From positions 17,358 through 81,357 of the forward strand of contig CAJFCJ010000070.1 in assembly GCA_904063045.1 (NCBI GenBank): DNA of 64,000 bases, written 5' to 3'. The translations under genes were made by a program, and so were the position numbers. The first letter of the stretch is position 1. Each line of letters starts with the position of its first letter. Shown here one piece after another: positions 49,943 through 63,246 of this stretch. The notes below the pieces were generated by a model. It was not told the DNA's origin and ran no database searches. It saw nothing but the letters and a program-made list of their open reading frames with translations. Origin of the DNA: Dimorphilus gyrociliatus. Its lineage: Eukaryota; Animalia; Annelida.

Positions 49943-50779
49943 NNNNNNNNNNNNNNNNNNNNNNNNNNNNNNNNNNNNNNNNNNNNNNNNNNNNNNNNNN
50001 NNNNNNNNNNNNNNNNNNNNNNNNNNNNNNNNNNNNNNNNNNNNNNNNNNNNNNNNNNNNNNNNNNNNNNNNNNNNNNNNNNNNNNNNNNNNNNNNNNNN
50101 NNNNNNNNNNNNNNNNNNNNNNNNNNNNNNNNNNNNNNNNNNNNNNNNNNNNNNNNNNNNNNNNNNNNNNNNNNNNNNNNNNNNNNNNNNNNNNNNNNNN
50201 NNNNNNNNNNNNNNNNNNNNNNNNNNNNNNNNNNNNNNNNNNNNNNNNNNNNNNNNNNNNNNNNNNNNNNNNNNNNNNNNNNNNNNNNNNNNNNNNNNNN
50301 NNNNNNNNNNNNNNNNNNNNNNNNNNNNNNNNNNNNNNNNNNNNNNNNNNNNNNNNNNNNNNNNNNNNNNNNNNNNNNNNNNNNNNNNNNNNNNNNNNNN
50401 NNNNNNNNNNNNNNNNNNNNNNNNNNNNNNNNNNNNNNNNNNNNNNNNNNNNNNNNNNNNNNNNNNNNNNNNNNNNNNNNNNNNNNNNNNNNNNNNNNNN
50501 NNNNNNNNNNNNNNNNNNNNNNNNNNNNNNNNNNNNNNNNNNNNNNNNNNNNNNNNNNNNNNNNNNNNNNNNNNNNNNNNNNNNNNNNNNNNNNNNNNNN
50601 NNNNNNNNNNNNNNNNNNNNNNNNNNNNNNNNNNNNNNNNNNNNNNNNNNNNNNNNNNNNNNNNNNNNNNNNNNNNNNNNNNNNNNNNNNNNNNNNNNNN
50701 NNNNNNNNNNNNNNNNNNNNNNNNNNNNNNNNNNNNNNNNNNNNNNNNNNNNNNNNNNNNNNNNNNNNNNNNNNNNNNN
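49943..50779. other. Assembly gap (N run)
   Basis: Run of n. Confidence 1.
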
Positions 50780-50845
50780 AGGTATGGTGATATTAATGGC
50801 GGACAAGAATATGCAAAACATCATATCGGTCCACTTAGTTGTTCC

Positions 50846-51187
50846 ATGATATTAAAACTTAAAAGTCCGTTAATATTGAATTCTTACTGTAAGAATTACA
50901 ATTCGTCATTTTTAAACGATAACGACTCAACTACTTGTATTAAATTTAAAACTAAATTTGTCAAATTAAAACTCGACTATACTGAAAAGATAAATTTCAC
51001 CATTGGAAAAGAGAGCGTTTTTGAAATTCATCCTTATGTGAACACTTCTATTGGAAAGATAAGCTTGTGTAATCAAGATACGCCGACATCTTTCACTTGC
51101 AGTAGTTATTCAAGATATATATATGTTTCTCTATGGACAACTTTGTCAAACGATATTGAAGTTTGTGAAATTCAAAATTTGACTTGA
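50846..51187 (+). CDS. Terminal exon with a galactose-binding/F-type-lectin-like domain
   Basis: LNDNDSTTC...C...RYIYVS...IEVCEI pattern. Upstream exons may lie in the gap. Confidence 0.4.
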   Translation: MILKLKSPLILNSYCKNYNSSFLNDNDSTTCIKFKTKFVKLKLDYTEKINFTIGKESVFEIHPYVNTSIGKISLCNQDTPTSFTCSSYSRYIYVSLWTTLSNDIEVCEIQNLT

Positions 51188-52329
51188 TATCGATCGTAAC
51201 CGTTCTCTTCTTTATATAACATTGTATATAGCTTGTCAAAAATGACTCTTTGTGTCTGTGTTCAACCAGTGGTTGAACTCACAGTAAAATAAAAGTCTGG
51301 ACGGATTGCTGTTGCAGCAAAACAAGATGAAACAATAAATCGAGAAAGATAATACATTATTAGCTTTTTTATATTAATTTCCCATTTATCACTCTGATAA
51401 ATTATTGAATTTATCTTTCTTTGTCGTCTTCACACTTATTTAGACAATTAGATAACTCCGATGGAATAGCGATTGTTTAAATATTTAAACTGCAATAGTT
51501 GCTGTATTTTATAGTTTAGTTTTCACTTGCTCCCCCTACCTTGGGATCAAAAACAGCTTCTTATAAATTCTGTATAATCTTCCACAGCCTTTATTCTCTC
51601 TCCCTTTGAAAGTTAATAAATAGAAATAGAGCTAGAGAGGTAGATAGAAAGAGATAGAAAGAGTTACCTGTCAAAAATCAACCACTCCCTTAACAGATAA
51701 AATAAGAAAATTACAATTATTTAGGATTTCTAAAGGGAAATATTTATTTTTTAATCGGAGCAAACAGTTGGCTGCTTTCTTGTTTCATATTTCATTTTTC
51801 TCTTCTTCCTTTCTCCTATCTTTTTCATATTCTTTTTCTCACTCTCTCTCTTTCTTTTCTCGTATTTGCTCTTTTTCTGGCCTTTAGCAGCTCTTCCTCT
51901 TCTGCTCGTTTCTCTTCCTTCAGTTGTTTTTAAAATTCCTTTAAAGCTTTATCCATCTTAAAATTGTTTCTTAGCCGGCGAATTATCTTTAAATTTTAAT
52001 GGACCAGATAACGTTTTATCAATTGATAATTCAAGGGATTTGCAGTAAGTTTAAATATAACATCTTCCTTTCTCTCTAAAAAGATTAAAATATTTAAAAT
52101 TTTTAGCATATTTAGAAAAACTCATAAACAGATCTCTTGGCTATTCATCCTCATCTAAAAACTGTAATTTGAAATCATTCCCTGGTTGTAATGTCATATA
52201 CAGCTCCTTTTTGATAATTATTTTCAAAATAATGTTTGTAGACATTAAACTAGTAATAAATTTTACCTAACAGTAAAATTGTCAATCTGAAGAAAAACCC
52301 ATTTAAAAGTTTATTAAAAGTACAAAAAA

Positions 52330-53330
52330 AATCAGACAGGGAATGTTTCAAACATTCAAATGACGGAATACTCTTTTGTAAAACGTGTAAATTTGAAAAT
52401 ATAGAATAGGGGTGAAACCGTACCTGGGTTAAACCGTACCCATTTTTTATTTAATATACTGTATATGTTTATTAAACTTGTGATAATGAAATATATGTTA
52501 TACTGATACAATGTATAAATTTATAGGCAAATATATAAAGATACTTTTATCTAAAAAATTAAAACAATTAAAAATGAAATAAAAAGAAAAAGAGAATATG
52601 AAATGTAGGTAAAATCTATGGAGCATATATATGAGATGTTTGTAGCAATAATTCATCTGCTAATATTTTTCCTAATTTGTATTCATCCCAAATGTCAAAT
52701 ATTTTTTATTCTCTCTCCACATACCTTTTTCTCTGATATCTATATATTTGTTTATCAGACATCACCTTTTCATCGATAATCATCCACTAATATGTAGAAT
52801 GAGCCTTTTGAATGCACTTGACTATTCATCCTGTTGTGCCAACCCTCCACACTATTATTTGTTCTAATTGATAGACCAAACACTGACCAATTTTCTGGTT
52901 TTGACATAGAGTTACATATCCATGTACTTTCAAAATACAACAGTAGGTCAGCCAATTTCTATTGCTCCAAAAGTTCAGACTTCAGTCTACCAAATGTTGA
53001 AATTATGATATCAGATGGTAGAATACAAACACACATATATATATATAATATACTGTATATATAATATTAAGACATATATATTAAATTAACAATGGGTACT
53101 GTTTAACCCAGGTACGGTTTCACCTGCTCCCGAAAATATATGTTGAAGAGGATCATTCACACTGTAAAATATCTAGTATGAGATATATAGAAAAGCTTAA
53201 GCAAACAATACATGATCAAGAAATTGTTGAAAAACAAGAAATGGTTTGCAGGATATGCAAATGTAACTCGTATAAATTGCCGTTGGCATGGATTATTACT
53301 GTTAGAGAACTTCCAGATGTCTAGAGTTAA
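52330..53330 (+). pseudogene. B-box zinc finger (TRIM-like) relic interrupted by a non-autonomous MULE
   Basis: Removing the insert gives ECFKHSNDGILFCKTCKFENIC / EEDHSHCKISSMRYIEKLKQ (B-box plus coiled coil), with a frameshift. Confidence 0.45.
52404..53131 (-). mobile_element. Non-autonomous (internally deleted) MULE, 728 bp, 9-bp TSD
   Basis: TSD GAAAATATA at 52395-52403 and 53132-53140. TIR core GGTGAAACCGTACCTGGGTTAAAC(C/A)GTACCCATT. Internal transposase scrap WSVFGLSIRTNNSVEGWHNRMN at 52770-52955. Confidence 0.92.
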
Positions 53331-53589
53331 ATGTGATATTATGGTTGGGGGTCATACACATACATATATATAAATATGTCTTTATGCATACTATGTATTA
53401 AATCTCGTGTAATACATAATCACTTTTACTAAAATTCACTGTAATCCCATGGTGCTTCTATCTAACTGCAAACTTTTTCTTCTCTAACAATAGAGAATCA
53501 TTAGCCAGTGAAACAAATCATTTTCTACATAAGATAATTTCAACATGGCACCTCTCTGTTATGCCTTTAAGAGAAAATTAACAAACATA

Positions 53590-54305
53590 AAAAGGCGTAT
53601 GCTCTCTATGTAAACAGACTACTCATTGGATTCGTTTAAATGGTAAGTTTAATTTCATACTTTTTCAATTTCACACCTTTTTCCTTAATATTAGTATATA
53701 GATTTTGTCAAATTTGTTGAACAATCAACAACTGTTCATTACATATTGTTTTAAGAAGTGATGAAAATATTTTAACAGGAAAACTTCCTAAAAGAATTGA
53801 TGATGAAGAAATTTTTATAAATAATCAAGTGGAAGCTCCTGCTGATGATATTACAAGAGAGGACTATTTTCCTATTGGTTATAACACAAATGAATCTTAA
53901 GAAAGCTTATTTGAAAATATAGATGATGTTGTTCTAAAGAGTGATAGGTCATTTAAAATTTTCCAAAGTAAGAATCAAACAGCGAAGCCATTACTTGTTC
54001 ATGATGGATTGTCATATACTATTAAAAACAAAAGAAATAAATCAAGTATTTGGAGATGTAGTTTCAATAATAACAGACAATAACAATGTTCTGGTTGTGT
54101 CACTGAAAATGATGGTAATTTCCCTTTGGATTCAACACCACACAATCATTCACCAAGATTAAATTTTAAAGAAATTATTGGTATGAAAGTTACCGTAAAA
54201 CAAAGATCGCTAATGGACACTCAAACACCTGCCAAGAGAATTGTTAAAGATACATTTATCCAAAAAAAAAACATTTCTAATTTCCCCAGTATGAGTACTA
54301 GCTGA
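53590..54305 (+). mobile_element. MULE 5' remnant with FLYWCH domain
   Basis: KPLLVHDGLSYTIKNKRNKSSIWRCSFNNNRQ*QCSGCVTE...PHNHSP. Cys-pair exon fragments lie upstream (CSLC|gtaagt, CQIC). Confidence 0.65.
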
Positions 54306-54329
54306 CAATTAGACAACTGAACAATGAGC

Positions 54330-54430
54330 TATTAATTTTGTAGGGTTTAAATACTCTTTTAAGGGTTGACAGTTCGAAAATTTCAATGTTCACAAGAACA
54401 AAAGTAACATTTGAAGACAAAGAAAAAGTT
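54330..54430 (-). repeat. Inverted fragment of the dispersed repeat family (matches ~2395-2495)
   Basis: Reverse complement of tttgtcttcaaatgttacttttg...ccttaaaagagt..aaaccctac.aaattaa. Confidence 0.75.
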
Positions 54431-56191
54431 CTATATTTGCTATAGTTGAAGTATGAAATATATCCTCCAACTTTTACACATTCCACATTATGGGAAAGTA
54501 TCTTCCATGGTGAAACATGGCCTTCAAGATTTTATGGCTTTTTTGTGAATTAAATATCATGATTGATTCCAAAATTCCACAAAAAAGATAGAACAGTCAG
54601 GTAAATATTCCAAGTCAATGGTTTTTTTAGAACTTTGAATAGGTTAATGAAATCTTCCGCAAGAGGGCAGCTGAAGTAATAATTCCCAATGTATATTCAT
54701 TTCAAATAGAAAACCCTAATCTTAAAGCGTAACCCTTTTCAACATAGCATATATACTGACTATATATATTTATTATATTTAAATATTTAGACCCATACCC
54801 GAAATCATAACCCAAACCAAACCTAACCCTGTCTTGCCAGTGGCACTGTTTCACTGTGACACAAAAGTACAATAAACAAATACTCCACAAAAAATCATGA
54901 AAACAGCTGATAATTTAGTAGTACATCTCTTTGGTGTTGTCATTATGTCTCCTTTTTCACACTTAATTTGGTGAATGCTGACGTATTACCATTGTTTTAT
55001 CATTGCCATAATCCAATACAATTGAAAAATGGTGAAAACCTAAAAAAGAACATAACCACATAACTATTCAATAAATCAATTGTAGAGGAAATCTTGAAAA
55101 ATGTATAGTAGAAATAAGATTGTTATAGATTTGTAGTTTGGAGGATTCCATCTGATTGTTGGAGATTTTGAAATGATATTATCTGCAGTATTTTTTTTTA
55201 AGTTCATAATTTGTATTTATAGTTCCAACTCTATAATGCTTAAAATTGTTATTACTGTCGTCGCAAATAGTTTTACAATGACAAAAATCCTTATTTTCTA
55301 GATTTTGATAATTTTCAATATCTTTTCCTTCTAAGTAAAGAGATATGCAAATTGCATATCTATCATATGATATCAGTGATATTGTTAACCGCCATTATGA
55401 TATGGTAACAAATAATCTTTATATTTTCAACTACAAAATATTGACAAAGCCTTCAAATCATTATTGAGGACGACTAAGGCAACATGTCTTTCCATCAAAC
55501 CGCTGAAGGGATGGTCCTCCCTTACCTCTCTGTCTTCACATCTCACTTACTCTCCAACAAGTCAGCAATATCTCGTTTTGCTTGTGTGAGAGTTTTAGTT
55601 GCAAAATCAGAATAGGAGAAAGATATGAAACAAATCACAAAAGTAGAACAAGGGCATATGAAAAAAACCATAATTATTAAAGATGCAGTGAGAGAAGAAG
55701 ATGCAACATTTCTAAAATCAGTTGACAGAAATTTCATCACATTACAAGAAACTTTTATCCAGCTCTCGAGAATGTTATGCAGATCATTTGAGCAGAGAAA
55801 TTAATTATGCAAAACAAATTGGCCTTGATCCTTCTGTAACTCAGTCTAAGAAATATTTTATGGCTAGGTTGAAGAAACCATTACAAACTATTATAAATTT
55901 CCTTATTATTATAAGGAATACAACAAATTGGCGCAATTGGAAAGATATTGTATTGGATAGAAATGACAGGAATACACAAAAACATAACACAAAGAATACT
56001 GAGCAGATTCAGAAAAATAAATGAAATACAATCCATTGAGGAAGGCCAGCTCCAAAAAAATTATATCATTTAATAAAGTAGACCACGTGATCAGATAAAT
56101 ATATATACAGAGAGAGAGAGAGTGAGAGAGTATGCAAATATGCCTCTAGATATGGATTAAATGAAGAATTTTCTTGTAAGTTTCTATTGAA

Positions 56192-56660
56192 TTAACTGTT
56201 GAAGCCTTCAAAGTCATTATTTGTTTGAATAGCTGTCTTAAAAACTGACCAATTATTTGGTGAACATAGATTATAATCTATCCACATTTCCTTGATATAT
56301 TTAATGAGATCATTTAATTTATCAATCTGGGCTACATTATTTTTAATCTCTTTAAAGTAATGTTTTATGGTATTAGCATGAAGAAATGGAAGAGCTAACA
56401 TAATCCTCATTCCATACAACTCTCTTGTTTTCTTTTTATAGTCTCTACTATAGTCAAACTGGTAATGTTTCTTCAAAATTAATGATTTCAAAATTCAATT
56501 CATAATTACTACCTGGCTTTTTCTAAAGACAGCCTGAGACCAGTGATTTAAACAATTCTCGAAACAAAAAAAATTGCTTTGCCTTTTCAAAATCAATTAC
56601 AAATCTTTTTGGTTGATAATTTTTTTGTTAATTCACAGTCTGAAAAATTTTACAATTACT
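56192..56660 (-). mobile_element. MULE transposase remnant (third divergent family)
   Basis: PKRFVIDFEKAK ... MRIMLALPFL ... YIKEMWID...WSVFKTAIQTNNDFEGFN. Confidence 0.8.
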
Positions 56661-57066
56661 TTAGGAAAATATGTACACAGTTAATAGTGATGCTTCAATC
56701 AATGCATCATTTTTCAATAGAAGGATGAACACTAAAGAGTGTCTATTTCACAAAATAATGAATGAATTCAATCAATAGAATTGATTCTTCTTTATTATAT
56801 TCACAGCTTAATAATTCTCAACAGAAATCAATATCTTGAAAATCCTGTTCCTAAAATAGAGTTCTCATTGAAAAGAATGCCATTTGTAATCTAAGAAACA
56901 GATTCATGAATATTTTCTCATACTGTTTACATATATCATTATTTCTAAAGTAGCTTACAACAAGTGCAGAATTTTACAGATACTAGGTGAGTACATTTGA
57001 CTCTAATTCTACTTTATGGTAGCTGTGTACAAAACTGCGTCATTTAATCATTGCAAATATCATAAA

Positions 57067-57420
57067 ATGGCTACACAAGATAGCTTAGACAGCAATAACT
57101 CTATGTGTGGAATCTGTTTAGGATCTTGGATGAAGATAGAGAAATATTGAAAGATTCGGAAAGAAATTTGATGAACAAGAAAGAAGATCAATAGAATTAA
57201 TACAAAATCAATTCCAGAAGTTTAGGAGAAGAATTTAGAGATGCAAACAAAAAAAGACATACACTGTTAAATACAATTTTCTTTTAGAAGGATGAAAAAG
57301 AAAACAATGAAAACTTGGACAAAGAAATCAAAAAGCAAAGTGATGAATGTAAAGAAATTGAAAATAATTCAACAGTAAAATTAATTCCTTGCTCATATAA
57401 AAATATGTCAATGGAAAACA
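57067..57420 (+). pseudogene. Possible TRIM-like relic (start of RING plus coiled coil)
   Basis: MATQDSLDSNNSMCGICLG followed by frameshifted E/K-rich coil; many stops. Confidence 0.25.
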
Positions 57421-57812
57421 TTAAATACATTTTAACATTTTAAAAACTAACAAAGAATACATAATTTTGGAATTTGGAAAGTTGTTGTTTAGCCACTGAA
57501 AACTTTCTTATCTTAACTGAAGAACATACAAATGTACTCATATTGCAAGAATTAAATCTAAGTTCTATTCACACGGAAATTGATGAATGTTTCAAAATAT
57601 TGTGCACCAACACCAACACTCCACCTCTCCCCATATTTTTTATCACCCTCAAATCCTTTTTGCTATTAGTCTATGTCCTAAAGTTGTCAGGTCCGCTAAG
57701 TGAGAATCTAGCCTCATCTATAAAAATAACTCTAGACCAGTCTAGACTTTAACTAATCATTTTAAGACAATATTCTTTCGTCTTTTCAGTTAAATTTTGG
57801 CGTAGATATTTT

Positions 57813-59370
57813 TTATGGAATTTTTTGAATTTCACAAAATGATACTTTTACAATGTCAATTATTTCTGATAAGAAGTTATGGAAAAGTAAATTTGTAGAA
57901 CTGAAATTTTCATATTTTTCACATTTAAAATAGACAAAAAGATATATGACTTTGTCAATTACAGGTTTAGATGTGCATTGCTTATATTGTTTATAATTTC
58001 CCACTGTAGCTGTTGTGGACATGATACTAATTTCTACATTGCCAGACAATTGAGTACTCTTTTTAAATATCATTAAAGAATCAGTATTGTTGTTGGTGTC
58101 CTTTCCATTGGACAATGTATATTTTAACACTGTATTCTGGTTTGTTAATTGAGTACATGTATCAATAGATTCATGTAATTGATAAAAGTTTTGCAGTCAT
58201 TCTCTTCATAATTATCGATTTTTTCTCCTTCTGTTTTTAGCAGTGTTATTTTTATTTTAAAGAATAGAAAATAGACATTGTTCAAAAAGAGCAATATTCA
58301 GTAAAAACAAATTGATACCTTTATCAGATATTTGGACAGAATTCACTAAATTTTCAACACCATTTTTAAATAGTATCTGCTTCAAATCTAAAGGTGAATC
58401 CAATTCAATATTTCCTAGTATGTAGGACCCATATGCCTTACCAGACCCAAAATTAATATTTATACCAGTTTTTTCCAACCAAAATTCATTCCAAATTTCA
58501 CATTCAATTAGTCGTTTATTATTGCGTAATTGTATATTTTTCTCCAAAGGAGTTTGAACTTGAATTGATGAAATTCTTTTTCCATTAATGAACTCGTCAA
58601 GCTTTATTGTCACTAGAATGGAGGTGTCATTTTTCATACTAATTATCACGGATGAACAATCTTGTGACTGACCCTTATCCTTGCCTTTAACCTTAAATTT
58701 CAGACAGGTAAAATCTTGTTGAAGATGACTTGGTAGAGGATATATTGCATAATTTTCTGATTGAGTGCTGTAGACTTTTTCACTCAACTCTGTATTTGGA
58801 GGCAAAAGAAAAAAGATAAAAAATGTTCCAATAGCTATTTAAAAGTCATAAAGAAAATGGTTTTTTACTATTTGCAAATATATTAATGTATTGAAATAAA
58901 CATATTCAATGACAACTTTCACATTTGTCTCAATCATTGGAGTATTTGAATAATTGAAAAACTAAACAGCTGCATTATTTAAGAGATTTATAAGTTCAGT
59001 AAAGCCTGAACTCCATATTAGATTGATGTTTTTAATTCTTTTAGAGTACTGATGTCTGAAAATAAATTTACAATCTGTAAAAAAAACTGTATTTTCCATT
59101 ATTTAAAAGTAACCTATTAGATAAACAACTCATTATTGGTATTGCTGGAAATATAAATGTTATTGATATATATTGGCTAACGCATGTTCTTGTTCATAAT
59201 CCAGGTTTACAATCGCCTACCCAAGATATATGCGTCAATCTGCTAATTGCATTTTCGCAATTATTATTGCCATTTGCTGACGTTTGAGTGCAAGTAGCCC
59301 CTAATTCTGAACTAGCTATATTACTAAGCATTTTATCCTCTTCAAAAAAAGTACATTCAAAATTTTCTAT
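57813..59370 (-). pseudogene. Decayed multi-exon extracellular protein gene (discoidin/F5-8C-like plus farnesoic-acid-O-methyltransferase-like domain)
   Basis: SNIASSELGATCTQTS..NCENAIS..SW..*..QYISITF (F5/8C-like, internal TGA); ECEIWNEFWLEKTGININFGSG (Methyltransf_FA-like); splice-like boundaries. Confidence 0.45.
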
Positions 59371-60331
59371 GTAATTTGCTAAAAATAGATGTTTAGATAA
59401 CAAACATATGTGGCAAATCCAACACAAAATTTTTATATATATGATACATATTGGCTGTTGATGTTGAAATAATAAAAATAATAAATCTTTATCACAAATC
59501 TCCTTCAATCAATGAAGAAGAAAAATATGATTTCTTGAAAGATACCTTTCCTATAATCTCAAAAAAACCTGATGATTTTCAGGCATAAACAAAAAAAAAA
59601 TAATATAAAATCTTACCTAAATCGTATTTAAAAGAAAATTATATATAAATTTAAGCTTCATCTAACATTTTATGCAGAAAAAAATTAAACAAATACCTTT
59701 TTTCTTAGTGAAAAACATTTTTAATATGTTGGCCTATTTAAAATTCGAGGTGTTCCAATTTTTAGGAAGTTTACTTTATGTCTATGCTTTAACTATTATT
59801 TAAGACAGAAAAAAATGAAATGAAAATCTTTTTTTGTGGTAGAAAATATTTCATAGTGTTTTTTGTTTTTATGCAGTCTACTTTATATCTCACATCTTTC
59901 TCTAACTTTCCTGAAGCATGAATTTTACATTTTGATTCATATAAATTTATATCACTTAGATAGGCTTAAGTTTGTAGCATATTTCAGATTAATAATGATT
60001 ATTGAAGCTTTAATCAATTATATCAATTGACCAGAGAGAAAAGCGGAGATTTTTGTTTCATATAATGTTTGGTTGTCATAAGATCAATAAATCAATTATG
60101 TAGCCTGGTTGCTATTCAAGCTTTTCTCTTGAATATAAATGTAATACTTTTTCCCAAACTTTTAACCTTTGTTTTCACTTTCAATTTCACTTTTTCTTAC
60201 TTTCTTCAAAACGATTTAAGAGTAAAAGCTCTTAGCATAATTGGATAAAAAATATGCACCATTTAACTTATTCAAGTAATCTTATAATAATCATATTTAC
60301 AAATCATATTTTTTTTCTTTACATTTTGCAG

Positions 60332-60875
60332 GTTTTGTAATAATCCTACATTTGTTGAAAGTAAAAAGCAATAAGATTTGCAATGATAGTAATATTGCAG
60401 AGATTGACTTTCGAGGTTTTTCAATATCTAAGAATATGTATTTTTCCAAATTTGTCTATCAACCTAATACTCATGAATGCAGAACATTTTTGGTTAGTTC
60501 TTATGATGCTAGGATAAAAATTGAAGTTGATAAAACAGACATTGAATATTCATTTGAATGTCAAGATGATTATGTAGCATTATATGATGGAAATGGAAAT
60601 AAACAAAAACTAGTAAAGAAATGGTGTGGGAAAACAGAAAATTTTACATTAATGGCTTGTGGACCAACTTTTATTTTTGTTTTTCATTCTGATAATGATT
60701 TTCAGACTGGGAAAGGTGTGTATATGCATATATCTGCACATGGTCAAATAGATCCAGATAATCCACCATCAACAGGTGTTACAATCGGCGTTGCTGTTTG
60801 AGTTTTAGTTATCTTAGGACTTGTATGTTTGTATTTTAAATATTAGGAAGACAAATGTAATTGTAAACAATAAAC
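60332..60875 (+). pseudogene. CUB domain + transmembrane exon with premature stops
   Basis: Acceptor ttttgcag; ECRTFL..IKIEV..DIEYSFECQDDYVALYDG..KWCG..FIFVFHSDNDF..GKGV (CUB). The TM segment GVTIGVAV*VLVILGLVCLYF is broken by TGA at 60799-60801. Confidence 0.7.
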
Positions 60876-61417
60876 TACTCTAAAATATGCATTCCACTAA
60901 CAATACTCATTCACTTGTCATATCAATATTCCTGGGCTATGGTATTTACTCGGTAGACATAGTAGTAAAATGTTCTTCATATCATTATAGAAAGAAAATG
61001 TATGTTTTTCATTTAAAATCTCAGCAATATGAGCACTTTAATGTGTTAGGCTTATTTATGGAGAAGTGTTCTTTTTTATTTTAAAGAGATATTGTGTTTG
61101 GTCACATTCCCCATATCTTATATCTTCTTTTGTTTTGTGGTAGGCATGATGTAGGATTGGATCAATTGAAAATAGAAGTCCTTTATATTTGATGAGTAAT
61201 GGTTTAGAACACAATCCATTTTTGGTTATGATTCCAATATCACAAATGACTTCAACTGATTCCTTGCTTATTACCAAATCTGTATGCAGGGATGGGAGGT
61301 AAAATAAGTAAGTGCATCGAAAAAGATGGTCGTCAAATTCAAAAACAGTAAAAATATTGGTCCACAAACCAAAATTTTTCGAAATTTACAGTATCCAGAT
61401 GTTTTAGACCATTACTT

Positions 61418-61654
61418 TATAAACCCTACAAAATTAACAGTTCATAGTTCATTTCTATAAACATCAGCTGGTTGTTTAAACTAGCTTGTTTAGAACTAGA
61501 AGCTCATTTTACTCAATACATATTCTTTGCACGAAATACTGCTGTTGATTGTTGATTAATTTCTATCGAAATTGCATTTGTTACACTATTTGTGGACGAA
61601 CTGGAAAGGTTCTATTTGTTTAAGTACTTTGGCAATACAATACAACAAAGTACA
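61418..61654. repeat. Dispersed repeat family fragment abutting the 3' UTR of the protease duplicate
   Basis: Matches ~2475-2766 and ends caatacaatacaacaaagtaca. Confidence 0.8.
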
Positions 61655-61676
61655 ATTCATTTATTATGAAACATAT

Positions 61677-61970
61677 TTAATCAGTCATGTTGTCTTCAAT
61701 CCATTGACAATAAAAGGAAACACGGGCATATCCAGCTGGTCTATTTGGTGGGCAGAATATGATACCAAAAGATGTGATACCAGCTATTTGCATAGAGTTG
61801 TTGAGTCCAATTGGACAGTTCAATGGGCCACCAGAATCACCCTGCAAGAATATTAAATGTACATTTGTTGAAATTTTCAATTGGTATTTAAAACTTACAT
61901 TGCATGAATTAGTGGTTTGGTCATCATTGTTAAGGCAAATGTGAAAGTCATCATCAGCTTGAGGAATTCC
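61677..61970 (-). pseudogene. 5'-truncated inverted duplicate of the lumbrokinase-like protease (retains the intron)
   Basis: GIPQADDDFHICLNNDDQTTNSCN|gtaagt...gcag|GDSGGPLNCPIGLNNSMQIAGITSFGIIFCPPNRPAGYARVSFYCQWIEDNMTD*. His and Asp of the triad are absent. Confidence 0.9.
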
Positions 61971-62984
61971 TCAGAACTCTTGGCCAATGGTTATATGTTA
62001 AATTCGATCAAATGTATATAATTTCCAAAATGGAAATGCTAAAAAGAATCAATACAATCCGAGAATTTGAAATAGTTCATTACAACGATCAAAAATTGCT
62101 GTTGAATTCTTCAAAAATCCAACAAACTTATCACTTTCAACAGGGTTTTTCAACTAATTTTGTCAATTTGACTATCACCAAACTTGCTACAATTCATAAC
62201 TATTCAATTAATATTGTAGACCTGAGATTTTTCAGTCTGATTGAATCTACTTCCGGTCTTGAATATTTAAATTTTTATTGTCAGAATTTTCAAATGTTAT
62301 CTAACTTCTTTGATAGAAACAACTCAACATTTTATCAATTAACCAATTATCGTCCTCTCTTATTTCAATTTCAATTTGTTGAAACTCTTCAAATTTACGC
62401 CAGGAAAGTGAATACTAATCAAGAATTTGACATTTGCAACAATATTTAAGTATGGAAAAGCGTTGAAATGAGCGAAGGTCGTGTGAAATTATGCTTATTC
62501 ATGACAAATTCTTCAGCCCAAGTCAGTTTTTGCAAATATAAATGTTGTAAGAAAATCAAAGGATCAATCTCAAGATTCATAATTACTCTGGATAACCTGC
62601 AAACTCCTCTTCAACTCCTAGATATCTCTATAGACTAAAATATTTGTTCGAAAAATAAAATTAGAGGAATCGCTTGTTAGTTATTGTATTCAATTTCAAA
62701 TAGTACTAGAACAAACATTTACTACCTTTATCATGATTTTGCTAGATAATCTCAACATTTGTGTTGTTGAAAACTGGTACCCTGTTAATGTATATCAATT
62801 AACGGAAGATTAATAGTATCAGATTAAAATAACAGGAAACATTATATGCTAAATTGAAATATTCAGGTACAATATGAAAATATATATGTAGGTGTAGTCG
62901 AAATTTGTTCACAAGAGATACAATGATAATGTCTAGGGAATTTATCATTTATCTTATCTTTTTCATAATTTCAGATGTACATTT

Positions 62985-63246
62985 ACAATGTAGATTTAGC
63001 AATGACGAATATTTCTCATCGTATTTAGACCAAAAGCACGTAACGTATCACATGAAACCATTAATTGATAACGAAATATTTTCTTATGGTAAAATCTATT
63101 TACAAACTAAATATGGAAATGATAAATATAATCTTGCTTTTGGGATTAATATTGGAGAGGAACAGCATAAAGAACTTTGCAGGATGCTTGGATATGATGA
63201 TTTTCATTTTGTAGCTCACGTTTGTGACCCAGAAAATGGTTCTTAA
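62985..63246 (+). CDS. Exon with a degenerate SRCR-like segment
   Basis: Acceptor ataatttcag; YGKIYLQ...HKELCRMLGY resembles the SRCR VVCRQLGY motif. Context unresolved. Confidence 0.3.

Noticed and set aside
51780-52060. K/E/R-rich minus-strand frame as a pogo-like transposase tail
   Set aside because: Low complexity, several stops, no DDE motif found nearby.
54700-54830. Degenerate aaccct/accctaa motifs as an interstitial telomere
   Set aside because: Only a few scattered, imperfect units; more likely part of a small repeat element.
55560-56024. RECYADH segment as part of a DNA-transposon ORF
   Set aside because: Single short motif across a frameshift; not enough to assign a family.
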